Shown one piece after another: positions 13,816 through 21,893 of a stretch of DNA of 40,111 bases. Below the pieces are notes generated by a model, which was given only the letters and a program-made list of their open reading frames with translations, ran no database searches and was not told the origin of the DNA. Both the position numbers and the translations under genes were made by a program. How positions within the stretch are numbered: position 1 is the first letter of the stretch; each line of letters begins with the position of its first letter. Origin of the DNA: an uncultured Gammaproteobacteria bacterium (GTDB lineage: Bacteria; Patescibacteriota; Microgenomatia; UBA1406; GWC2-37-13). The stretch lies in contig CAYXCP010000001.1 in the NCBI GenBank assembly GCA_964463455.1, forward strand, positions 16,800-56,910, given 5' to 3'.

Positions 13816-15483
13816 ATGGCAGGCACAAAAATCAGCAGCTTAACGTTGTCAACGGTAGGTGCGAATGACGAGGTTCCGATCAGACGCTCCGCAAGTAACT
13901 TTAAGATCAATCTACGTACTGCGATTACTCAAACCCTTGCGGCGAGTAATCTAGGTTCGTTGGGAGCAAGTTCGTCTTCACAACTCGCTGCCCTACTTTC
14001 TGACGAAACTGGTTCAGGAGCCGCTGTATTTAACATTGGGCCTACCATCACATCTGCCACTTTGGTTACTCCCAATCTCGGGACTCCAACAGCAGGTGTT
14101 CTTACAAACTGCACTGGACTTCCACTTACAACGGGAACTACAGGAACTCTACCTACTTCTAAAGGCGGTACGGGATTAAATGCTATAGGGTCTGCTTTCC
14201 AAGTTCTACGTGTTAACGCTGGCGGAACTGCGCTCGAATATGCAGCTAATACAGTAACGTCTTCTGCGGGGGGATTCGGGGCTCTTGACGATGGGAAAGC
14301 TTTAGTATTTTCAAATGGTGGTGACATCAACGCATACGAAATCACTTTAGGTGACGAAACTTCCAGAAACGGAAATAACGCCGCTGGAGCAGTTAACGTT
14401 TATGATAGTGCTGGTCATAGAGTCAGATTGGTTGCTCCGGTTTTAGGAGTAGATGATTTGGAACTACTGTTCCCTTCTGGGGGAACACAGCTTCTATCTG
14501 ATGCCGATAAATCAGAAGGTGGTAATACCAGTGCAGATAGCGGCAAGCTTGTAGTGTTTAATTCAAATGGGGGTCTGAGCGCCAGAGACATTACATTAGG
14601 AAAAGGAACGCCAACAAGAGCTAGAGGATTTATAAACTTCTATGACTTGTTTGGAAACACTCTTTTATTACGTCCGAACAATCAATTATCAGATACTTCG
14701 ATTGTAGTTACATTGCCACACGAGGCGGACTGCACCCTTCTTTCAGATTTAAGTAAATCATTCGGCGGAAATGGTTCGGCAGACGAAGGTTTGGTTGCTA
14801 CTTACGATGGTAGTGGGGGATTAACTGCTTATAGTGTTCAAGCAGATAACCTCACAGCAAATATCTCGATATTAGTTGGTAGTCCGGTGGGAGACCCTGG
14901 GGTAATAGCATTGTATGATTCTGGTGGTACTTATACCGGCTCTTTCATTACGGCAACATTGTCAGCGGTAAGAACATGGACTTTACCAGATTCAAGTGGA
15001 ACGGTTATTTTAGACAACAACCCTACATTTACAGCAAGTTCTTCTATAGCTTGGAGTGGTCGTGCTGGACTGCGTTCGCCAGCAGATGCGCAGGTATCTA
15101 TTCGTAACAATGCTAATAGTGCTTACGGAGTGTTACTGGCCCTGAACGAAATTAACGCAGTTACTTCCACGGCTACGGCTGGTGGAACAACTACGCTTAC
15201 AACATCTTCTGCCCGTAACCAAATCTTTACAGGAACTAGCAACCAAAACGTAACGCTGACGGCAGCTAACGCTTATGGTGCTGGATTAGCTGGTCAGTTT
15301 ACAATCAAGAATCGTTCTACGGGAACAATTACGATTAACAGAGCGGGTTCTGATACTATAGACGGAGCAACCTCAATAACCTTGGCGGCTAATGAGGCTG
15401 TTCAGATTATCTCAGACGGTGTGTCTGAGTGGGTAATTGTCGCTAAGTATAAATCAGGAAGCGGAATCCTCCTTGAATCTTAA
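13816..15483 (+). CDS. tail fibre protein (555 aa)
   Basis: N-terminal MAGTKISSLT motif. Gly/Thr/Ser-rich. Repeated modules …YD…LP…GT.LL also occur in the fibre at 32577..35111. Confidence 0.75.
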   Translation: MAGTKISSLTLSTVGANDEVPIRRSASNFKINLRTAITQTLAASNLGSLGASSSSQLAALLSDETGSGAAVFNIGPTITSATLVTPNLGTPTAGVLTNCTGLPLTTGTTGTLPTSKGGTGLNAIGSAFQVLRVNAGGTALEYAANTVTSSAGGFGALDDGKALVFSNGGDINAYEITLGDETSRNGNNAAGAVNVYDSAGHRVRLVAPVLGVDDLELLFPSGGTQLLSDADKSEGGNTSADSGKLVVFNSNGGLSARDITLGKGTPTRARGFINFYDLFGNTLLLRPNNQLSDTSIVVTLPHEADCTLLSDLSKSFGGNGSADEGLVATYDGSGGLTAYSVQADNLTANISILVGSPVGDPGVIALYDSGGTYTGSFITATLSAVRTWTLPDSSGTVILDNNPTFTASSSIAWSGRAGLRSPADAQVSIRNNANSAYGVLLALNEINAVTSTATAGGTTTLTTSSARNQIFTGTSNQNVTLTAANAYGAGLAGQFTIKNRSTGTITINRAGSDTIDGATSITLAANEAVQIISDGVSEWVIVAKYKSGSGILLES

Positions 15484-16083
15484 GATGTCAGGAGCGTCAG
15501 CGGGAATGTTTAAAGTTTCCAAACACTCTTGAAGCATATTTCTTAGTTCGCTTGGACGAATGTTGCGATTTGGATGACTTGAGCGTTCCACGCTCTTTTC
15601 CCAAGTTACGTTGTAGTTATGCGTTGGGCAACTGAACGTTCCATGATCGGGATAAATAATTACAGAGAAGAGTTCGTTTGCAAAGATATTGCAGCAGTCT
15701 GCTTCATTGAATGTCCATTTATTGTGGCAACTCATTTTGACAAACAGGTCTCCAAGGTTATCCACAGTGTTTTGGACTGGTTTAGAAACAACTTTAAGTA
15801 GCTGCGCTTGCGCTCTAAGGCAAACTAAGCTTTCTGCCAATGGAAGAAAGGCTCCCTTGTCTGATGTTTTAAGCGTGACTTCTCTAAACAGTCCTTCGCT
15901 ATCATAGTCTGAGCATTTCTGAGACCAAATGTTAAGTGGAACTCCTTTTACGGTCCACGTTTTCCCTGTCAGCAAGTCAGATGAAACTCCGTTTACGGAA
16001 ACTCCATCAGCAGTAAGAGTAATCTCGGGATTGTATAGATTAACTTCTTCTTGCTCCGTTCTTAGTTTGATATATGAATTCAT
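15454..16083 (-). CDS. hypothetical protein (209 aa)
   Basis: The track start 16152 is GTG. ATG 16083 lies 2 nt after the upstream stop. The 3' end overlaps the convergent fibre gene by 30 nt. Confidence 0.65.
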   Translation of the reverse strand: MNSYIKLRTEQEEVNLYNPEITLTADGVSVNGVSSDLLTGKTWTVKGVPLNIWSQKCSDYDSEGLFREVTLKTSDKGAFLPLAESLVCLRAQAQLLKVVSKPVQNTVDNLGDLFVKMSCHNKWTFNEADCCNIFANELFSVIIYPDHGTFSCPTHNYNVTWEKSVERSSHPNRNIRPSELRNMLQECLETLNIPADAPDILRFKEDSAS

Positions 16084-16085
16084 AG

Positions 16086-16295
16086 TTATTCTTCTTCTGT
16101 GTCGTAGAACACAATATCCTCCCATTGTTCTTCGGTGGAAACTCTCGACCACTTAGTCCTACGGAATTCTGCAAACTCGTCTCTACAGTATTCACAATCT
16201 GTAGTTTCGCAGCTTATTCCTGCGCAGTGATCGCATTCTATATACGGACGACTGCATTCGTGGCACCATTTAAGGTCGTAGTTATACCATTTCAT
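16086..16295 (-). CDS. Cys-rich small protein (69 aa), probable Zn-binding
   Basis: CHEC…CDHC…C…C..C pattern followed by an acidic tail. Confidence 0.65.
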   Translation of the reverse strand: MKWYNYDLKWCHECSRPYIECDHCAGISCETTDCEYCRDEFAEFRRTKWSRVSTEEQWEDIVFYDTEEE

Positions 16296-17014
16296 ATGGG
16301 AACGATTTCTATTTTGCCGTTTTCATCAATTGTGGCGTAATGCCATAGACTAGTGTCTATACACAGGTTTTCTGAATCTGTGTATATTTTTTTCCTTACC
16401 GTCTCGTCTCTGGAATGTCCTACGATTTGATTATATCCTTCAATAGGTGTGAATTCATCCCAATCCAACCACACAGGCCCACCGTATAAATAAGCCCCTC
16501 CACGACTTAGCCCCGCATGAAAAATCCAATGCGGAGTATCTTGTTCGCTGTGGATAAGATTTAAGGCTTCCGCTTCACTTTCTTTAAGGAAGTCAATAAG
16601 AAGACCTTTTTCTAAAACGGTCTTGGGAACATAATGTGGATGCACGCCCGCGTGCGAGAAAAGGAACTTCTTGCCAGCTACTTCACGATATGCGAAGAAC
16701 TTTAGGTATTCCTTAACTAGGGGGCTGTAAGTATATCCTATTGCATTTAACCCCGCCTGCTTACCTTTGTTCCATCCACCGCAACGAGAAGCAGGGCGGA
16801 GGTAACTAAGGTCATGATTCCCCATTAAGCAGGTAATGTAGGGCTCGTAGCATATAGACATCCACCATTCGGCGGTGTCTTGATTTTCTTTAATAGTGTC
16901 GAAGTAATCATCAAAGGTATCCCCTAGAAGGATAATGTCTTCGCCTTCATATCGCTTAATTATACTGTCAGCCTTTCTCCATTGTGTGTGGATGTCGGGA
17001 ATTACTACGATCAT
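16292..17014 (-). CDS. calcineurin-like metallophosphoesterase (lambda PPase/ApaH-like)
   Basis: Motifs in canonical order: VIPDIH, LLGDTFDD, GNHD, FSHAGV, VGHS. Confidence 0.85.
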   Translation of the reverse strand: MIVVIPDIHTQWRKADSIIKRYEGEDIILLGDTFDDYFDTIKENQDTAEWWMSICYEPYITCLMGNHDLSYLRPASRCGGWNKGKQAGLNAIGYTYSPLVKEYLKFFAYREVAGKKFLFSHAGVHPHYVPKTVLEKGLLIDFLKESEAEALNLIHSEQDTPHWIFHAGLSRGGAYLYGGPVWLDWDEFTPIEGYNQIVGHSRDETVRKKIYTDSENLCIDTSLWHYATIDENGKIEIVPI

Positions 17015-17913
17015 TACAGAGGGATGTCTATATTATGCTTGCCTTTAACAAAGTTATCGTTGTACCAAGTGAAATAGCCCTTCATGTCATCATTACCGTG
17101 TTGGTAAGCTTGCTTGAAGATTTCTTTGATTTGGTTGAGGTTAAGAGGTAAGCTAATATGTTTTTGAATAATTGGAAGGTGATGGTCGCGGAGCGCAAAG
17201 CAATCCATGACCCCAAAAGGGAATGGTGTAAACGAATTTACAGGAACAAAACTATTTGTCAAGCCGAAAATATGGTATCCTTGGTCTTCTAATTTACGAA
17301 TAAGATCGTTTGGAGTATAGTTGAACCACTTCAAGGTGAATCCATTAACTTCAAATACGATTGGGGGATGGCAGCGGTCAATAGTTTCCTGCAAGCCATC
17401 TAAAACGTTTAGCTCCCATCCTTCTACGTCGAGCTTGATAAAGTCAATACGCTCGTCCACTAAAAGATCGTCCAATTTACGGGCAGGGACGGGGATATTG
17501 TATTCATTGCCGCCTTCTTGGAGAACGTGGCTACTTGGGCCATTAAGGCAGAAGTTTACTTCCCCATCTTTATCGGAGGCCGCATAATTAAGGCAGACCT
17601 GGTTCTTGAAGTTATTGGCCTGTTGGTTCTGAACTAGAATTTCGTAGTTTGATGGAGACGGTTCGACAGAGAACACCTGTCCTTTAGTAAAGGAAGCAGC
17701 TAAGGCCGAAAAGGTGCCGATATGTGTGCCGACATCTAAAATGTTTGAATATCGGTTCCAGAAAAGGGACGATACTTTAGCCAATTCAGCCGACCAAACA
17801 TGGCCCTGGGCCAATGTCTGAGAGACGGGTTCTTGAGATTCGGGGTCAAAATAGAGAACGAGTTCTTTTGTATGTGCGTTCTCTAGGGGGTTTTGAAAGG
17901 TATTGCTTGTCAT
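17014..17913 (-). CDS. SAM-dependent methyltransferase, FkbM-like
   Basis: Motif I-like ILDVGTHIGTFS. IDFIKLDVEGWE is typical of the FkbM family. Confidence 0.75.
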   Translation of the reverse strand: MTSNTFQNPLENAHTKELVLYFDPESQEPVSQTLAQGHVWSAELAKVSSLFWNRYSNILDVGTHIGTFSALAASFTKGQVFSVEPSPSNYEILVQNQQANNFKNQVCLNYAASDKDGEVNFCLNGPSSHVLQEGGNEYNIPVPARKLDDLLVDERIDFIKLDVEGWELNVLDGLQETIDRCHPPIVFEVNGFTLKWFNYTPNDLIRKLEDQGYHIFGLTNSFVPVNSFTPFPFGVMDCFALRDHHLPIIQKHISLPLNLNQIKEIFKQAYQHGNDDMKGYFTWYNDNFVKGKHNIDIPL

Positions 17914-18165
17914 TTACTTGTAGATTGAAACTTTGGCTCCAAACGGAACCCCGCGCCAAATCGGCGTCAGGCCGCGAAATACTTCGACAGTTCCCTCGTT
18001 ATCTACGACTCGGGAACTTAGGTAGCCTCTCCCACAAACTTGAACTCGGGGATTTCGGCCTTTTTTATGAACTGAGGCCGGAATTGTGTAAACACAGGTC
18101 TCTGCGTCCCACATATCGTGTTCTATTTCGATCTCGAACGGTTTTTGGCGTAAAAATTTAAACAT
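17914..18165 (-). CDS. hypothetical protein (83 aa); first gene of the leftward five-gene operon
   Basis: ATG start. The TAA stop abuts the next start. Confidence 0.6.
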   Translation of the reverse strand: MFKFLRQKPFEIEIEHDMWDAETCVYTIPASVHKKGRNPRVQVCGRGYLSSRVVDNEGTVEVFRGLTPIWRGVPFGAKVSIYK

Positions 18166-18167
18166 AG

Positions 18168-18174
18168 GTGTAAT
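18168..18174 (+). promoter_or_regulatory. GTGTAA box (GTGTAAT), 9 nt upstream of ATG 18184
   Basis: Lies inside an 18-bp divergent intergenic spacer. Confidence 0.35.
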
Positions 18175-18183
18175 AATTAGAAT

Positions 18184-18564
18184 ATGAAAGCTTCTCTGTC
18201 CGACGTAATGATAAAAGCAGAGACCGTATCGGCCACAGTAAGCGGCTGTTTAGCGGTTTATCTGTTTGCGAAGGAGCCATCTAGTATATTATACATATTT
18301 GCAACTTCGGTCATCGGTCTTTTGTTAAGTTTGTATTTTAGAAAGGTATCTATTATTGATTTCTGTAAACTGGCGGTTATGTGCGTCGGGGCATCAATTT
18401 TTTCAGGTATGCTTTGCTGGAAACATGCTCCACATTTTGCGTGTTGGTTATCCTTTTTAATTTCCTTTTTACTAAATACAGGTTTAAATATTAGATATAG
18501 TAATTCTGAAAAATATAGCGAGCCTGTTCTAAATCCTTCTGATGTTCTTCCTAGACTCCATTGA
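18184..18564 (+). CDS. polytopic membrane protein (126 aa, ~4 TM)
   Basis: Four hydrophobic segments. No other motif. Confidence 0.65.
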   Translation: MKASLSDVMIKAETVSATVSGCLAVYLFAKEPSSILYIFATSVIGLLLSLYFRKVSIIDFCKLAVMCVGASIFSGMLCWKHAPHFACWLSFLISFLLNTGLNIRYSNSEKYSEPVLNPSDVLPRLH

Positions 18565-19129
18565 AAAAAGTATCTCGATAATTTTAGGCTTCGCCACTAT
18601 ACTGTCTTTTTTGTGTCGAAAATTTCTAGTTCCTAAAATTACTCAGTTTTTCAAAAGGAGTAAAAATCTGATAAAATGTCTGAGGGATTTATCCTACGTC
18701 CCAGGCATTAAGGATATTCAGGAAACTCTTGCGGAGCTATTGTGTACCACTTTCATCAACAAACACAAGATTGTCATTTTGTTTGAGAATCTTAACGTTG
18801 GGTTTTACGAATGCGACACTAAAGGAGAGATAGTTTGGGCTAATTCGGCTATGCAAGATTTATTCAATCTAAGCACGGAGCAAATGAAGCATGGTGGTTG
18901 GGTCGAGGCTTTCCATCCTGATGATATTGATACCACTTACAATAAGTGGAGGAACTGTATCGCAAACAAATTGCATTACAAGGATAGGTACCGCTTAATG
19001 CCAAATGAGGACAACAAAGACATCGTTTATTGCGAATCTGTTGCTGTCCCCATTCAGGACTCAAAGCACAATGTATTGTCGTACTTTGGGATTGTTCATA
19101 TCATTACCAAAGAGGCGTTCGAGAGTTAA
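18542..19129 (+). CDS. membrane-anchored PAS-domain protein (195 aa)
   Basis: N-terminal TM segment SISIILGFATILSFL. PAS-like core GFYECDTKGEIVWANSAMQDLFNLSTEQM…FHPDD…YRLM…GIVHIIT. No output domain. Confidence 0.7.
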   Translation: MFFLDSIEKSISIILGFATILSFLCRKFLVPKITQFFKRSKNLIKCLRDLSYVPGIKDIQETLAELLCTTFINKHKIVILFENLNVGFYECDTKGEIVWANSAMQDLFNLSTEQMKHGGWVEAFHPDDIDTTYNKWRNCIANKLHYKDRYRLMPNEDNKDIVYCESVAVPIQDSKHNVLSYFGIVHIITKEAFES

Positions 19130-19437
19130 ACTTCGAGGTCTCTAAAGTCACCTACCTTTTTACCGTAGGAGATTTCAAAGCCACCAAGGCTATGATCTAC
19201 GAGAACCGTTTCTCCTTCGAGGTCTAAAAGGTCTCCAGTATAGACTTCGGTTCCGGCAGCATCAAGACCAACGCGTTGTTGGAAAATGAAGCCAGGTTTA
19301 TTAACGAAATCGGTGCCAGGAAGAACTTCGAGTTTTTCGGCTTCGGGTTCATAACCCGTTACGAAGTTTAGACCATCGGGAGTTTCCAAGAAATCTTGGA
19401 CGCTGAGGGAGTAAACGCGGAACTTATATGTATTCAT
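19126..19437 (-). CDS. YopX-like protein (103 aa), divergent fourth paralog
   Basis: The track start 19539 is TTG and overlaps the upstream gene; ATG 19437 is preferred. YKFRVY…GTEVYTGDLL. Confidence 0.6.
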   Translation of the reverse strand: MNTYKFRVYSLSVQDFLETPDGLNFVTGYEPEAEKLEVLPGTDFVNKPGFIFQQRVGLDAAGTEVYTGDLLDLEGETVLVDHSLGGFEISYGKKVGDFRDLEV

Positions 19438-19454
19438 GTATTGTGTGTTTGGGT

Positions 19455-20276
19455 TTATAAGAAATAGACTTCTGAGCCGTAGCCGCCGATACCAACCTTG
19501 GTACCTTCTCCTTTTAGGATTCTTTCGTAGGGCTCGCAATCTCTACAGCCACCTTTGGCGCATTTCATATCGTCCGACTTGCGGGCTTCTTTGATAATAC
19601 GGGCTTCTTTGAGAACCATTTCGGTAGCTTTATCTACGCTTGGCAGTTGCTTCTCCACAGGATTAGCTGATTGAGCTATATACCAATAGAAAGCTTTTGT
19701 CAAGGGATCATTTTTGAATTTTGGCACCAAGATAGAATAGATCGGCAACTGTAACGAGTCGTCCTTTTCTTGGGTCTTGCCGGTTTTGAAATCGTAAACG
19801 TAAAGTTGACCATTATTGAATTCCAACCAGTCTACCTTACCTGAAAGGATAATTTCATCCTCTTCGGAAAGCCAAGTCCAAGGAAGTTCCTTCTTGTCCT
19901 GAATCATTCGCTTGGCGGGACGTTTAAGAGGGCCGGGATTATTACATACGTTTGCAATCATTTCAGTTCCGCGAGATTGGAACTGATAAAATTGATCGTC
20001 GGAAAGGAATCCGCCAATCTTTCCCTTGTATTTCTCCATGTTTTCATTGAATTCACGGAACAAGTCTCTGTCAAATCGTTGAGGGGCTGGTAGCCACGCC
20101 AAAGGTTCTAAGACATCGTGAACAGCAACACCTAAAGACAGGTGTGGGGAGGCGATGGAAATTTTACGACCGTCTTTATTCTTGTACATGTTACGCATGT
20201 AATAGGCACGACGGCACTTCTTGAAATCATTAATGGACGAGTGGCTTACCCACGTTGCTGCAAATTTATTTGGCAT
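19455..20276 (-). CDS. PD-(D/E)XK nuclease, Cas4/RecB-like with Cys cluster
   Basis: N-terminal SHSSINDFKKCRRAYY. VYDFKTGK and QLPIY motifs. C-terminal CAKGGCRDCEPY, giving the 1+3 Cys pattern of Cas4-type Fe-S nucleases. Confidence 0.8.
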   Translation of the reverse strand: MPNKFAATWVSHSSINDFKKCRRAYYMRNMYKNKDGRKISIASPHLSLGVAVHDVLEPLAWLPAPQRFDRDLFREFNENMEKYKGKIGGFLSDDQFYQFQSRGTEMIANVCNNPGPLKRPAKRMIQDKKELPWTWLSEEDEIILSGKVDWLEFNNGQLYVYDFKTGKTQEKDDSLQLPIYSILVPKFKNDPLTKAFYWYIAQSANPVEKQLPSVDKATEMVLKEARIIKEARKSDDMKCAKGGCRDCEPYERILKGEGTKVGIGGYGSEVYFL

Positions 20277-20309
20277 GTTGGAGTTATTTTGGTGTATCTA
20301 TGATTATAC

Positions 20310-20531
20310 ATGAAAACCTGTAACAAATGCAAAGAAACTAAGGAGTTCTCAGAATTCTACGTGGACCCTTATCAGGGAGACGGTTACAAAACGTTCTGTA
20401 AAGCTTGTGATAATGCCCAATGTAGAGCATATTATCACAAAGTCAAGAAGAAATTTACAGAAAAACAGAAGCAGGCACGCAGAGAAGCCTACAAACGTTG
20501 GAAAGAGAGACAGTTAACGCTTCCTAAGTAA
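20310..20531 (+). CDS. Zn-ribbon protein with basic C-terminal tail (73 aa)
   Basis: CNKC…CKAC followed by a Lys/Arg-rich helix. A GTGTATC variant box lies 11 nt upstream. Confidence 0.6.
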   Translation: MKTCNKCKETKEFSEFYVDPYQGDGYKTFCKACDNAQCRAYYHKVKKKFTEKQKQARREAYKRWKERQLTLPK

Positions 20532-20711
20532 ATACTCCTGATCGGCGATTTCCTTCTGCATGATGTACTTCTCAATATCTGCGTTAGCTTTAAGATAAGC
20601 ACTCATTAACAATGAGGAAATGTGACCGCCTTTAACTTCTACCTTAACTGATGATGAGAAGGTTTCCCCATTCTCATCTACGTCCCTAAGTGTAAGCGTA
20701 AGAGTTCTCAT
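20514..20711 (-). CDS. hypothetical protein (65 aa)
   Basis: The track start 20729 is TTG. ATG 20711 is preceded, on the - strand, by GTGTAGA with a 7-nt spacer. Confidence 0.5.
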   Translation of the reverse strand: MRTLTLTLRDVDENGETFSSSVKVEVKGGHISSLLMSAYLKANADIEKYIMQKEIADQEYLLRKR

Positions 20712-20763
20712 GGGACATTCTACACTCAAAGAAATTTCTTGTCAAGGACAAATTTGAATTATT

Positions 20764-21039
20764 TTACTCTAGCAGAATCTTGCCAGAGTTTTCGAGAAGA
20801 ATGCGTCCCGCTCCTTCTTGCGCCACAGCGTCACCAACGGATACTACGTATCCTTCCGGTCTTAGACCAGCATCGTAAGGAGTAATCATGTTTACTCCGC
20901 CACAGCCAATGGACTTCCTTTTATTATACTCACGGTACCAATGATCTACGGCGTAACCATAGAGAGCTGGGTTCGCTGCTACAAACGCATCGGCCTCCGC
21001 TTTTAGAACTTCTAACTGAGCGCAGTCCGCAACGTGCAT
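20764..21039 (-). CDS. hypothetical protein (91 aa)
   Basis: ATG start, TAA stop. Confidence 0.6.
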   Translation of the reverse strand: MHVADCAQLEVLKAEADAFVAANPALYGYAVDHWYREYNKRKSIGCGGVNMITPYDAGLRPEGYVVSVGDAVAQEGAGRILLENSGKILLE

Positions 21040-21142
21040 TTCGTTCTTAAGACTAGATACGTGGCCATTTCCTAATTATACACTTGGAGTGACAAAAACT
21101 GAGAATTTTTCTCTCCTTAATCCCTATTTATTGTAAACTACT

Positions 21143-21877
21143 ATGATTCCTATGAGTCAGAAAAAACGAAACAAGTCGGTGGATGTGACGGAGACATTCT
21201 TTCCAAACATTCCAGAATTCAATCTAAAGAAAATCACATTAACTGCCAAGCAGAAAGAGTTTGTACAGCTATTCAAAAACGACAAGTGTAACGTAATTTT
21301 CCTATCAGGCCCGGCAGGTAGCTCTAAAAGCTTCATTTCCGTATTCGCAGGGCTGATGGGCCTAAGAGAGAAAAAATATGCCAAGTTGAAGTATCTGAGA
21401 GCTGCTGTAGAGAGCTGTCAGAATAAACTAGGGTTTTTACCAGGGGACAAAGATGAAAAGATCGGTCCTTTTTGCGAAGCCCTATTTGATAAACTAGAGG
21501 AACTTATCGCTCTCAAAGATCAGGATATGCTGATTGATGAAAAGAGAATTGAGGTTCTTTCTCCAAACTTCTTGCGCGGATGCACCTTCTCGAATTCTTT
21601 AGTGGTCATTGACGAGGCACAAAATCTTAGTTTCCAAGACAACTATACGATTCTAACCCGTATAGGTGAAAACTCTACGCTGATTTTCTGCTACGACAAA
21701 AGGCAAGCCGACATTCGTAATGAAGGGATTACCAAGCTCGCAGATTACTTCTATGACAAGGAGTCTGAGGAACAAGGTATTTACCACTTCGAGTTTGGTG
21801 TTGAAGATATTAAGAGAAGCGAAATTCTGAAATACATCATCAAACATATGGAGGAAAGGGAAAATGACTCCAAATAA
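21143..21877 (+). CDS. phoH: PhoH-like ATPase
   Basis: Walker A FLSGPAGSSKSF and Walker B LVVIDEAQNL. Size and layout are typical of phage PhoH. Confidence 0.85.
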   Translation: MIPMSQKKRNKSVDVTETFFPNIPEFNLKKITLTAKQKEFVQLFKNDKCNVIFLSGPAGSSKSFISVFAGLMGLREKKYAKLKYLRAAVESCQNKLGFLPGDKDEKIGPFCEALFDKLEELIALKDQDMLIDEKRIEVLSPNFLRGCTFSNSLVVIDEAQNLSFQDNYTILTRIGENSTLIFCYDKRQADIRNEGITKLADYFYDKESEEQGIYHFEFGVEDIKRSEILKYIIKHMEERENDSK

Positions 21878-21878
21878 A

Positions 21879-21885
21879 GTGTAAG
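21879..21885 (+). promoter_or_regulatory. GTGTAA box (GTGTAAG), 8 nt upstream of ATG 21894
   Basis: Begins 2 nt after the phoH stop. Confidence 0.35.
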
Positions 21886-21893
21886 TACGCTTT

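Noticed and set aside
13929-14345. 138-aa antisense ORF inside the tail-fibre gene
   Set aside because: It is the shadow of Gly/Thr/Ala-rich coding, with no independent start context.
17181-17199. GATGGTCGCGGAGCGCA in the methyltransferase gene, resembling boxes A and B
   Set aside because: It is a single partial match of 9-10 nt inside a well-supported CDS, within the range of chance for a 40-kb window.
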